Part shown: positions 1 to 12,272 of the stretch, one piece after another
How the letters are laid out: each line of letters starts with the position of its first letter
How positions within the stretch are numbered: the first letter of the stretch is position 1
From: Conidiobolus incongruus B7586
Lineage: Eukaryota
Reading direction: 5' to 3'
Length of the DNA stretch: 20,000 bases
Assembly: GCA_000697335.1 (NCBI GenBank)
Contig: JNEM01013522.1
Span: forward strand, 57,742 to 77,741
The notes under the pieces: model-generated
Databases searched by the model: none
Seen by the model: only the letters and a program-made list of their open reading frames with translations
What the model was told of the DNA's origin: nothing
Position numbers and translations under genes: made by a program

Positions 1-464
1 GATATGGGATTTTGTTATAATCTAAAAGAAGACAAAGAGAACAAAGAGTATCCTTTAATTATAGACTGACAAAACCAGCTTAAAATAGGCATAATATAGG
101 TTGAACTATCAAACTAGCATGGGTGATTAATTCTGAAATACAGCACTATCAAAATTATCATTATAATGCAGTTGATTTATATATTCCTTGAAAATTCAAA
201 ATACAATATATATTATAAATGTTCTCACATTTCAGATCAAAAGAATTTATTTTCAATAAAATCAAAATGTAAACCTTTATTTGTCAATTAAATATTAATT
301 TAATATATGTTTTTAGAAATGTAATTAAACTGGTAGACTTTAGTAAGAGAAAATAAATAAATGTATATAATTGGAAAAAATTTAAAAATAATATAATAAA
401 TAATTTATAATATTTTATTTCACTAAACAAGACTATATAGCTTTAATTAAACTATTATTTCTAT

Positions 465-1847
465 TTATACTCTATAACATTGAATTTTAAAATTATAATA
501 TATACAATACCAATTCAAAAATTTTCCTAATATGCTTTGATATTTGTAATGATCTTTGAAACTAAATCGGGGTATTAAAGTAATTAGTTTCAATTTTGGA
601 ATATTTTCATACTTGGTTAAATCATAAGATTCTATATTCCTTAAATCCATTTGCAGATACTCTAGCTCAGGTAGACCTGAAAAATCGAGATAGAAATCGT
701 GATCCGTCTCATTAGTAAATGTGATGGATTTTAGCTTGATTAATTGGTCGAGGAGCGTATTGATAGAACCTTTGCACTGCAGCTTATAATTCAAATGTAA
801 TTTGGTTAAATTAGGACATGATAAGCATAGTTTTTCAATTAAAGGAAATTCTTCAAAGTAGCGATATTTAAAGCTTAGTGAATTTATAGTGGGTAATTCA
901 GGGAATGTATGCATTGTAAAATCTTCAACAAACATACACTCAATTTCCAAATTCAAATGAGTCAAATTTCTACATTCCTGAAGAAATTCAAGAGTTTGAT
1001 CTTCAAGAGCTCCAATATGTGTATTCAGGGATTCAATAGTACGGTTCAGTGATAGATATTTACAAACGGTGGGTGATGTGTCATTGTTGATATTTCTATA
1101 AGTCAAATTCTTAAGCTTGGGAAGATATTGAGGTGGAATATCGAAATTACCGCTCCACGTAGATCGAATAGAACTACAATCCAATGTCATTGGGTCTTCT
1201 GTTGACTCGGATAATAGTAAGCTACAATCCCTTATATGTAAATTTTGTATAGAGGTGGGTAATTTCATTGGCTCAATGAATCCCTGCTCCTGAGAAAATA
1301 TAATAAAATAATTGTAGGACAGATCCAAAGAATGTAAGCAAGTTAAAGTGTTCAATATACAAATCAAAGGATTCAAAGGGATGCTATTATATAAAATGTT
1401 GAGATTATTTAAATTTTTAATTATACTGATAGCTTCAAACATATAATAGTGTTTGAGTGCTCGATCAACATTTAAAGTGCATAGATGTGGTTGATATGTT
1501 GTCAGATCATCTTTGAATTGCTCAAGATATTTTTGAACTAGTGTATTAGACTTACTTGACATCGATGCAAACTTGGTATCATTTGAATAATTAAATTTTC
1601 GATTATAAAAATCTATTTTATCACAATTATTGAAGTGATCTTGATACCATTCACAATGGAAATAATCAGGATCTCGATCCAAGTTCAAAGTTGTTAAAGT
1701 CAAAGACCTTAACTTGTTCCGTATTAATTTGGACACAATACTCAGTTCAACTAGCTCCGAGTGATTTAAATAATCGTGCAATTCGTCCAAGACCAAGATG
1801 TACTCCCAATTTTGAGGATTCATTATTAAATTAAATTTAAAAAACAT
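465..1847 (-). CDS. F-box-like / leucine-rich-repeat (RNI-like) protein, intronless; the real start may be the second ATG at 1823 (MNPQNWEY...)
   Basis: Open 460-aa ORF. The N-terminus WEYILVLDELHDYLNHSELVELSIVSKLIRNKL resembles a degenerate F-box. It is followed by LRR-type units (LHSLDLSYN, IQNLHIRDC, LPKLKNLTY, CRNLTHLNL, CPNLTKLHL, LPELEYLQM). The start codon of the paralogous pseudogene (8093) aligns with the ATG at 1823. Family assignment is by pattern recognition only. Confidence 0.8.
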   Translation of the reverse strand: MFFKFNLIMNPQNWEYILVLDELHDYLNHSELVELSIVSKLIRNKLRSLTLTTLNLDRDPDYFHCEWYQDHFNNCDKIDFYNRKFNYSNDTKFASMSSKSNTLVQKYLEQFKDDLTTYQPHLCTLNVDRALKHYYMFEAISIIKNLNNLNILYNSIPLNPLICILNTLTCLHSLDLSYNYFIIFSQEQGFIEPMKLPTSIQNLHIRDCSLLLSESTEDPMTLDCSSIRSTWSGNFDIPPQYLPKLKNLTYRNINNDTSPTVCKYLSLNRTIESLNTHIGALEDQTLEFLQECRNLTHLNLEIECMFVEDFTMHTFPELPTINSLSFKYRYFEEFPLIEKLCLSCPNLTKLHLNYKLQCKGSINTLLDQLIKLKSITFTNETDHDFYLDFSGLPELEYLQMDLRNIESYDLTKYENIPKLKLITLIPRFSFKDHYKYQSILGKFLNWYCIYYNFKIQCYRV

Positions 1848-3406
1848 TATTGAAGGATAATATTAATTAAATATATATAGAATACAGTTTTTATTATGCT
1901 ATCATAGTATATGGGATAAATAAAATTGATTTTTATGTAAAAATTTTCGCTTTGCGGTTCATGGCATAATCCTTTGTATACATTTGAATTTATTGTATGA
2001 CTTTCAGAATAGGGATATTTTAAAATATTATATTTTATATTAATAGCAAAAAATAAAATTTATAATATTATATTGAAAAGAATTAATCTTAAAAATTTTT
2101 CTATTATGTTAAAAAGAATTAAGAAAAAATACTGATTTTTCTATCTATTGTTAATATAAAACATCAGATATTTTTATTTTTTAGAGTAGTTTGATAAATC
2201 TCACTTGGATTATTAGATTGCTATTTTCAAGCAAATTCAATTTTGATTAAACACTCATTATTATGTAAGATTAGATATACATATCAAAATTGTACATGAC
2301 AAAGTAATAGCTTTATGAAATAAAAAATCCCATTATATGCAACTATCACTTCGTTATTAAATTCATTTCAAGGCCAGATGAAATAATAATGTGTGGTATT
2401 TATTGAATGTATATAAAATCAAAAAAGATATTTTACAATTAAATAATTTTTGGTAAATTTCGAACTTTTCAAAGAAGGATAATACTGTCGAGGATTGGGA
2501 AGTCCGGTCGCTATTCAACTTAAACCATTCGTAATTATTTCGAATACAATCTACACACAGGTACCATGCAGGACCCTTTTAAAATGTGAAACTGGATCAG
2601 CAACTACAATCGGTAATTCAGAACATTGCTGTAAGGATTGATAACATTTTAAAATCACTACTAAGTACATATTTGCTCGGGAATCATCTCGATCAGGGCC
2701 AACACACTAATTGATATTTTAATAAAACTCTCCAATGTATCTCGTTAGCCACCTTTGGCCAGTTTTATCAAATCTATTTGATCCATATTGCAAGACTACC
2801 TTTCAGCGGACCTATAATACAGAAACCTTGTTTATCTTTAAATAAAATATTAATTGAAAGATTTTATAACTATATTTAACATATTATGATATCGTAGTAA
2901 ATGTTAAACTTCACATTTATATATTTATAACAAGGAAAGTAATTTTTAAAGTCGTCTGATATTTTTGTTGATAAGTATATTTAAAATAAAATTTAATTAA
3001 TAGCAATACTTAATATTATAATTAATCTTATTAAATAATCAAAAATAACTATATTTAATGATCCTATATTTTATGTTGAAAAATCAACCTATTCAATAAT
3101 ATGAATAAATATGCAACAACATTCTCAATATTAAATTTTTAACCTCATTGTTTTTGCCAATTTGTAAAAATGATTTTTATTATTTATTTTTCTGTTACTA
3201 TAATTTATGACAAATTCAAGGCTGAGATCACAATAATTACCCATTACCAGAGGCCTTGCATCTCCTTTTATTTTGAATATTTTTAATCAAAACTTCAAGT
3301 ATATTCAAATTTTAAAATTATTAATTTTCTATAAAGTATAATAATTTAACAATATAGCAATTTAAGCACATTTAAAAAAATTAAATTACAAGAGTTATTT
3401 TTATTA

Positions 3407-4650
3407 TTACTTTATAATTTAACTAGTGGGAATTTTTTGTGATTGAAAATAAACAATCATTTTGATATATAATATATAAAGATAAATATATAATATAAAT
3501 TTAATAGTTTCTTTTATTATTAATAACTTTTGCTATAATTTTAGCAAACTTCTAACACTTAAAAAACTGTTTTTTTTATTAAAGACTAAAATTTAACATA
3601 TTACAAACTAATTAAATTTTCTTGTAGAAATTTTCTTATAAGCTGGTTTTTTAATTACTTAAAGTATTTATAATAGTATAGATTATAATTTAAATAATAT
3701 ACTAAATATGGTAGTTTTTTCTAATTATTTTTAATTAAATAGTTTTTTACAGGTTTAAATTTATATATTCTATAATTATCATGTAAAATAATATTTGTTC
3801 TTAAATTATATTGAGAATATTAAATAAAAATACTTTAATTTAAAAAATAATATAAAGTTTATTATTAATTAATTTCCCTTTAAAAACTAAATAAGAGTAG
3901 CATATATTATTATAATTTATTATAATAATTTAAATTCACTTATTAATAAAATACTTATTTAAAGGGATTTATAAAAAAGATAAATTTAACTTAATTTAAT
4001 ATTTTGATTTATGTTTTAGTAAAAGATTATATTTAAAGATTTAAAATTCATCAATTATAATTAATTGTTATAAAAGTTTAAGTTCTTAATAATATTTTAG
4101 TAAGTTTTGTTTAACAATAGTTACTCTAATTTTTTTTAAACTTTAGTTAAATTATAAGATATTTATTTATATTTTTATTTATTAGGTTTAAACTTTAATA
4201 TATAAAAATTACTTATAAAACTAATATTAAAATATTTAGATAATTTCTTGACTAAAATCAAAAAGTATTTTTTAATATTTTTTTCATTCTATTAATAATT
4301 AAAACAATAATAATTAAAGTTAGTATTTTAAATTTTAATAGGTTTTAGATAATTTGTCTTTTAACTTTAAAATATTTTATTTAACAATAAGGAGTTGATT
4401 TAAAGAACATTTTATTATTAAAAGTTATTTGTAAATTTTAAAAAAATATAGAGGTTTTATGGTTAAGCTTTATTAATATTAAAATAAAAAACTTTTGATA
4501 ATTGTTATTTAATTTAAGCATAATTAAATTAAATAACCAATTTTAAATAGTTAATTATTTAATCAAAAAAATTATAATATATTAATATATATAATCTAAA
4601 AATATATAATTTCTTATTAATTTTATATATATTTATATATTATTAATAAA
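3407..4650 (-). mobile_element. Degenerate mariner (DD34D) DNA transposon copy; its 5' (left) end is not resolved
   Basis: Begins TA|TTACTTTATAATTTAACTAGTGGGAATTTTTT, the same terminus as the other mariner copies. Its reverse complement aligns by eye with 11040..12272 and keeps the start ATG CTT AAA TTA AAT near 4520. 3427..3770 also aligns directly with 19651..20000. Confidence 0.85.
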
Positions 4651-4983
4651 ATATAACCTATAATCTTTTAATTTCACTATGATAGCAATTTATTAAATAA
4701 CTAATATAATTTTAATTTGTAGGTTTATTAACTTTAATTAAATTTTATTTATTTCAATTAATTAAAAAATATCTAGTAGATAATATTATAAAAATCATTT
4801 ATTATTTTATATTCCATATAAGTATCAAGTATATTTTACTGACATTTATTTATATCAAATATTTTAGCACTATAAACACAAGATATATAATTATATGATG
4901 TTTATATTTAAATTTTTGAGCTAAAATCAATCAAATATATTAATATTCTGAATGATAAAATAAAATATCATTTTCATTAAATA

Positions 4984-5005
4984 ATATATATATATATATA
5001 TATAT
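4984..5005. repeat. (AT)n microsatellite
   Basis: Perfect AT dinucleotide run of about 22 nt. Confidence 0.85.
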
Positions 5006-5260
5006 TAAATATTAAAATAAATATCAAATTATAGGTAATAATATTATAAAATTTATATTTTTTATTTTCTGTTGAATCTAAAAATAGAACCTTTAATAAC
5101 TTGAATGATGAAAATCAAAAATAAAATACAAATAATACTATAGAATTTATAATACTTTCATTATTTAGATATAAGTTCCTGTATTAATTTCTAAATTAGT
5201 TTGTAAACAAAATTATCATTAAACCATACTATGAAATTTAATAATATGAAGACATAATTC

Positions 5261-5285
5261 ATATATATATATATATATATATATA
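5261..5285. repeat. (AT)n microsatellite
   Basis: Perfect AT dinucleotide run of about 25 nt. Confidence 0.9.
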
Positions 5286-5865
5286 CGTATTTTATAACTG
5301 TAACTGAATGATATATAATGTAGACATCCAAACCTAATTTTCTTGAATTCAATATACTATATCATTTTGATATCCATCTCATTTGGTTTCTAATTTGAAT
5401 TCATGTTCTCAAGTTATTTATCTTTAAATTGATATTAGTTTTATTGATTTCAGTTGCTTGTCTGACATTGTTAGAAAACATTATCTTTTCATCCCAAGTT
5501 TAGACTATAAAATGAACTTATTTACTTCATTTGTTATATCAATATTTTTGATTAGTGTAATTATATTTACCCTTACAAACTGAGAATATTTTGGATCTAC
5601 ATAATTTTTTATTTGTTATTAAAATTTGAACAATAAAATTATTTTTTTTCAAAAAGTCAAATATTATAAAATTAATCTTTATATAAGTTTATAAATAGAG
5701 AAAGTATATTTAAATGTTTTTTATAATCTAGCCAAAAACTATATTCGATATCAACGTCAAGTAGTAATATCAAATGATTCTATTTAAAAATAATTATTAA
5801 TTATCTAAAAAACTTTGAAAAATTGCTATAATTATATAATATAATATATACCTTAAATATCAAGG

Positions 5866-6307
5866 TGTTTATAAGGCTGTCTTTTCAGGAGAGCAATGTC
5901 TTTTTAGTAAGGGTGGGAAAAGTATAGCCTTCTAGAGGGTAACTAGATGCAAGAATATATGAATGGGACAGTTTTCAGAATAAGGATTAACTTGGATTAA
6001 AATATGAACTCTGTTGAAAGTAATTACCTTATGCCTGTGATTCCTTATTGACTTTGGTAAGTTACAATTAATAAATGAAGAGAGGAAATACTTTAGAAGA
6101 TAAAGTAGAATAGAGTGGTTATTATGTGTTAATTAAGAATTATTATTATATCAATAATCTTAAAACAGGTGGCTCAGTATGTATGTTAAATTAAGGTGGA
6201 GCCCTTGTTAATCTAGTGTTTGACTCACTCGTGCCACTAATATCTTGATTCAGTGTGAACACTAAAGCTCTCAGGGTGGGAATAGAAAGCTACGCCCGCA
6301 CATCACA
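5866..6307. other. GC-richer non-coding island of ~440 bp, possible solo-LTR or other repeat remnant
   Basis: Abrupt rise in GC with no ORF. It can be bounded by TGTT... at 5866 and ...TCACA at 6307 (TG...CA), but no target-site duplication is visible. Confidence 0.25.
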
Positions 6308-6779
6308 AATTTCCAGAATTTTAGTATTTTTATTATTAAATTTTTAAAGTTAATAAACTTTTTATTTTAAAAACTTACATCACTAATAAATATTCAACAA
6401 TTTTTTAAAAATGAGAAATATTTTAGCTGAAAAAGTTAATATATTGAGTACCATTAGTACTTGTTCAATTTCTGTATGCGATTCGGGCTAATTGAATTAA
6501 ATCAAAAATATCGCATTATTCACAATTATTCAACTAAGTTTATCGTTACTGATATATAATATATTTAGTCAAACCGAAAAAAAACATTATATATATTAGA
6601 TCAGGTCATTAACACAAACATTTAAATTTGATAATTCATATTTAAAAAATAGTAAAAATTTATTAAAATATTAATCAAATAAAATTTCTATTATAATAGT
6701 ATAAAAATATATTATAAAATAAAAAATTTATTAAATAATATAGAATAATTGGCAATAAAATAATATAAAGTTTTATATT

Positions 6780-8093
6780 TAATTTTTATATTATTGAATT
6801 TTATAACCATATCTAATATAATACAAATTTAAGATTTGGTTCAATACACTTTGATATTGGTGATGATTCTAAGTAGAGGTCGAGATATCAAATAATTTCA
6901 ACTAGGGAAGGTTCCGATAGTTAATTAGACTATGATTCTATGTTTCATTGTTACATTTCTAAATACTCAATTTCGGAAAGGTATGAAAAATTGAAATAGA
7001 AATCAAGATCCGGATTTGTAGTAATGATGATAGATCTTTGCTTGGCCAATTTAGAGATAAGTACGTCAATTGAATTTTTATAAGAAAGCATATGATTAAA
7101 ATGATGTAGTTAAATTCAGATATATTAAGTGCAGTTTTTTAAACAGATGGAACTCTAGAGAAACAATAGTGAAAATTCAATGAATCCATCTTAAGTATTA
7201 TATGAAATGATTATTCATGCTTTCAAATTCAAACTCTTTAATAGTTACATGAATCACTTTATGGCAATTTTGAAGTAATTGAATCGCTTCTTCTTCAAAA
7301 GCGCAAATATGAGCAGAGAGCTATTTAATAGTAATAGTAAGCAATATGAATTCGCAAACAGTAGGTATACTGTAGTTGTTGACAGTTCCTCGAACTTTCG
7401 AAAATTTTGGGATGAAACAACAAAATATCCCTGCCAAATATTTGGAACTGAGCTAGAATCCAATGCCATGTAATCTTCTATCAACTTGAATAAAGTTAGT
7501 CTGCAATTTAAATTTATTTTTTGATAAAGTTAGACAACTTAATTTTTTATAATATCTTTCATCACAATGAAATACGATAAAACTATTGTTAGCCAAATTG
7601 AAGGATATAAAATCTATTAATTTAAATATGAATCAATGAATTTAAAGGAATAGTGTAATATATATATATATATATATATGTATATTTTAATATTTCAAAT
7701 TCATTAATAATTTCAAACATATCATAGTGCTTTAAGTCTCGATCAACTTTTAAATTTCAAGATTTGGTTGTTATATAATTAAATCTTTTTTAAATTGATT
7801 CGATTGCTTTTACATATATGTATTTTTATAATCACTCGACCAAGATACAGTATAGTCATACTTTCACTCTTTAAATTTGCGCTGTATAAATCGACATCTT
7901 CTCTGTTTTAGATGCTATTTAGATATTATTCACATTTAGAATAATCAGGATCTTATTATAATTTGGAAATTCTTAAAATCACAGATCTTGAACTTTAGAA
8001 ATTTTAATAAAAGTCTCAATTACATAAATTCTGAAAGATTTAATTATCCTTGCAATCCTTTCAAGAAGCAAGTATATTTCCAACTTGGTTCAT
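6780..8093 (-). pseudogene. Pseudogene paralog of the F-box-like/LRR gene at 465..1847
   Basis: Collinear nucleotide similarity: ATAATCAGGATCT at 7941 and 1662; atatcatagtgctttaagtctcgatcaacttttaaa (~7719) vs atataatagtgtttgagtgctcgatcaacatttaaa (1441); ctttgatattggtgatgat (~6849) vs ctttgatatttgtaatgat (~535). Start ATG AAC CAA at 8093. Similar total length (~1.3 kb) with many stops and frameshifts. Confidence 0.85.
7658..7679. repeat. (AT)n microsatellite inside the F-box/LRR pseudogene
   Basis: Perfect AT run where the intact paralog has only a short TATATA (~1388). Confidence 0.85.
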
Positions 8094-10953
8094 TAATAAT
8101 TAATTCTAATTTTATAATTCGCTGTTAAAGTTTTAAACATATTGATGAATTGGATTATTAGCCCTATATATGTTCATTGTAATATATTGCTAGACTTTGA
8201 TAAATATATGGGGTTAATATGATTTAATAATTGATGGGATATATTAAACTTTACGGTCTATGTCATAAGAAGGCTTAATTTGAGCTTGCTATGCTAATTT
8301 AGAAAAGAATTGAGGGATCCTAAAAGCAAGCATTACCTTTTTTGTACTGAACTTATAATAGTTTAAACTTTCTTAATTTTTTTTATAATTGAAATTAAGT
8401 ATATTATTATTTCAGATATAACATCAATACTTATATTCAAATTGTATATTTATTAATAATCAATATTTTTTATTGTAAATTATAATTTGTTTTTGCATTT
8501 ACAATTTTAATATATTTGATTGAATTGAATTCAAAAATTTATCGAAGGAAATGCTTAACTTATAATTACTCGTTTCCTACAATCTTGGATCTCTGAACAT
8601 AAATGGAAATCAAAAGGACAAATAATAGCATATAGTAAATAAAATATTTATTGATTTGTGTTATTGTTAAAAAATTTCCCTATGGAATAAGATTCTATAT
8701 CACTTAATATTAATTTGATAAATTACTTTGATCATAAAATATAATTTGCAAATTAATATAACTTGTCATATTATAAATATAATATTAAAACAATGAGAGG
8801 TATTTTATATGTTAAGATTTATCCTCCACTCCATTTTATAATATTTCAAAAAAAATATATTAATAATATAATCAGAGATTTAATTAATTTTAATAATTAA
8901 ATTGGTGATTGTAATATTAACTTAGATTTGAAAAAATAGGAAATTTTTTAATTTCTAACCTTTCAAATATATTATTAGTTTTAAGTTATATAGTATATAT
9001 AAAACAAATAAGAAAATATATAGTTTTAAACTATATACATATATATATATGATAGCTTTTTTAATTAAAAAATTAACTTTTTAAATTTTGTTCTTTAATT
9101 TAATTATGCTTAAATTAAATAATAACTATCAAAAGTCTTTTATTTTAGTATTTATAAAACTTAACCACAAACCCTTTAAAATTAATTAATATTTACTAAC
9201 AACTTTTGGTAATAAAATACACTAACTTATAAAAGTGAGTTATAAAATCAAAAATATATATATTTTAATTAATAACTAAAACAATTGTATATATTAGATT
9301 ACTTAAAACTATAATATATAATTAAGGTATATTATTTAATAATAAATAAATATATTTAAATATATTTAATAAACTATTAGCAAAAAAATTAAACTTTAAT
9401 ATTTAACTAAAGTAAGTTATAAATTTACAGGTTTTTAAGATAAAGGGATATAATTAATAATATATAACCATATTTTTTTTTCTCTTTGTTATTATTTTAT
9501 ATAATATTTTATAGATATACTAAATTTTTTTTATTAGTATTATTATACTTAAATCCCTCTCTAAAAAAAATTTACTTGTATATTAATTAACTTTATAAAA
9601 AAAGTAAATTAATTTATAATATTGCTAGAATTACTAATATTAGCTAGTTTACTATAGTTAAAGTTATTAAAAATAACAATAAAAAAATATTTAAACTTAA
9701 ACTTAAGTATAATAAAATTATAAATAAATATAATAAGAAGTATATTTATAAGTTAGTTAATATAAGTAAATATAATATTATTATAGAAATATAACAGGAA
9801 TTATAAAACTATATAAGAATATTAATTAACACTAATACTATTATATATACTTTATATTAATATAGATATCACTTATATTTTAAAAAAACACCTTTAACTA
9901 AAGAAATCCTATTGTAAAATTAAACAGGGGTTTAAATATTACTATTAATATTAAATTAAAACTAATTAGAATAAAGTTATTTAATTTAATAAAACAAAAA
10001 TATACTTTAGTAAATTTAATAGAAAAGTTAAATACTTTAAAAAAGATATAAAACTACTTTATAACTATTAAGGTTAATTTTACCTAAAAATATAATAATA
10101 GGTTAATTATTATTTAAAAATATATATTGTTTTTAGGTATAAAATTTCTTTATAAAATTAATAGAAGAATTAATACTAAGATATACTAAAGTATTTGAAA
10201 TAATAAATTAAAAAAACTATTAAATAATATAAGTTAAACAAATTTAATGTTATTTTCTAGTAAAATAATACCTTTTGTTATATTATAGCTTTTATTACCA
10301 AATAGCTTAAAAATAACAAGATAATAGTTATACACTAACCTACAAAAGTGAGTTATAAAATCAAATACATATATATTTTAATTAATAACTAAAACAATTG
10401 TATATATTAGATTACTTAAAACTATAATATATTATTAAGGTATATTATTTAATAATAGATAAATATATTTAGATATATTTAGTAAACTATTAGCAAAAAT
10501 ATTAACTTTTAATATTTAACTAAGGTAAGTTATAAATTTGCAGGTTTTTGAGATAAGGGGATATATTTAACAATATATAACTATATCTTTTTTCTCTCTT
10601 TGCTATTCTTTTATATAATATTTTACAGATATACTAAATTTTTTTTATTAGTATTATTATACCTAAATCCCTCTCTAAAAAAATCTACTTGTACATTAAT
10701 TAACTTTATAAAGAAGGTAAATCAACTTATAATATTACTAGAATTACTAGTGTTAGCTAGTTTACTATAGCTAAGGTTGTTAAGAATAGCAATAAAGAAA
10801 CATTTAAACTTAAACTTAAGTGTATTAAAATCATAGATAAACATGATGAGAAGTATATCTATAGGTTAGTTAATACAAGCAAGTGTAGTACTGCTGTAGA
10901 AATATAGCAGGAACTATAAAACTATACAGGAATATTGGTTAGCACTGATATTA

Positions 10954-12272
10954 TTATTATAGAATTAAAGAAATAGGAAATTTTTTAATTTCTGATTTTT
11001 CAAACATATTATTAGTTTCAAATAAGCAAATATATACAAAACAAATAGGAAAATAAATAGTTTTGAATTATATATATATATATATATAATAATTTTTTTG
11101 ATTAAAAAATGAATTTTTTAAAATTAGTTGTTTAATTTAATCATACTTAAACTAAATAGTAACCATCAAAAGTTTTTTATTTTAGTATTAGTAAAACTTA
11201 ACCACAAACCCTTTAAAATCATTTAAAATTTACAAACAGCTTTTGATAATAAAGCATTATTTAAATCAACAATTTATCACTAAGTAAATTACTTTAGAGC
11301 TAAAAGAGAAACTACCTAAAACTTGTTAAAATCTAAAAGATTAATTTCAACTGTTACTCTTCTAATTATTAATAAAGTAAAAAATTATATTGAAAAGCAC
11401 CTTTTTATTTTAGCTAGAGAATTATCAAGACACTTTAATATTAGTTACATAAGTATTTTATATATATTAAAGTTTAAATTAAAATTAATTAATAAAAATG
11501 TAAAATAGGTACTTTATAATTTAACTAAAACTTAAAAAAAAGCTAGAGTAGTTATTGTTAAACAAAATTTACTAAGGTATAACCAGAAACCAAGGCTTTT
11601 ACAGCAAATTATTACAATTAATGAATCTTAGATTTTTTTGTATAATCTTTTACTAAAACATAAATTAAAGTGTTAGATTAAACTAAATCAACCCCCTCTA
11701 TAAATTCCTTTAAATAAACACTTTATTAATAAGTGAATGTTAATTGTAGTAATGGATTATAATAGCATATGCTATTCTTATTTAGTTTTTAAAAGAAAAT
11801 CCATTAATAGTAAACTTTATATTTCATTTTTAAATAAAACTATTTCTAATTAGTATTCTCAATATAATTTGAGAAAACCTATTATTTTGCATGATAATTG
11901 CAAAATACATAAATCTAAAGTTGTAAAAAACTTTCTAATTAAAAATAACTGGAAAAAACTACCACATCTAGTATATTCCTTAGATTATAACTTATATAAT
12001 TATAATTGTTTTAGGCAATTAAAAAACTAGCTTGTAGGAAAAAAAAATTTCTGTAGGAAAATTTAATTGGTTTATAAAATATCAAATTTTAGTCTTTAAT
12101 AAAAAGAACTATTTTTTAAGTGTTATATCTTTGTTAAAAATATAGCAAAAAGTTATTAGAAATAAAAGAAGTTATTAATTTTATATTATATATTTATTTT
12201 TACTTTGTATATATTAAAATATTTATTTTTTTTCAATTGCAAAAAATTCCCATTATTTAAATTATAAAGTAA
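10954..12272 (+). mobile_element. Innermost, full-length (1319 bp) degenerate mariner element
   Basis: Imperfect TIRs: TTATTATAGAATTAAAGAAATAGGAAATTTTTT vs reverse-complemented right end TTACTTTATAATTTAAATAATGGGAATTTTTT. TA on both sides. The empty site is visible in the outer Tc1 copy at ~9830..9850. Confidence 0.92.
11143..12178 (+). pseudogene. mariner DD34D transposase pseudogene (~345 codons)
   Basis: Manual translation: STIYH*VNYFRAKRETT*NLLKSKR (HTH/GRP-type region), K*VLYNLT (= WVPHxLT), IITINES*I (= TxDESW), IILHDNCKIH, LPHLVYSLDYNLYNYNCF (= LPHPxYSPDxxPxDYxxF, 34-residue spacing), I*QKVIRNKRSY* (= WQKVI...G.Y). Start is ATA here but ATG in two sister copies. About a dozen stops and one +1 frameshift near 12045. 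Confidence 0.92.

Noticed and set aside
1..69. Possible 3' end of a + strand gene (DMGFCYNLKEDKENKEYPLIID*)
   Set aside because: Too short and cut by the window edge to support a call.
7254..7484. ORFs 7254..7484 (-) and 7279..7473 (+)
   Set aside because: Short, non-ATG starts, and inside the F-box/LRR pseudogene; not independent genes.
11109..11160. Upstream ATG plus small intron in the mariner transposase
   Set aside because: Sister copies retain an in-frame ATG at the position of ATA 11143, so no intron is needed.
11323..11508. 61-aa ORF as a standalone gene
   Set aside because: It is the longest stop-free piece of the mutated mariner transposase frame.
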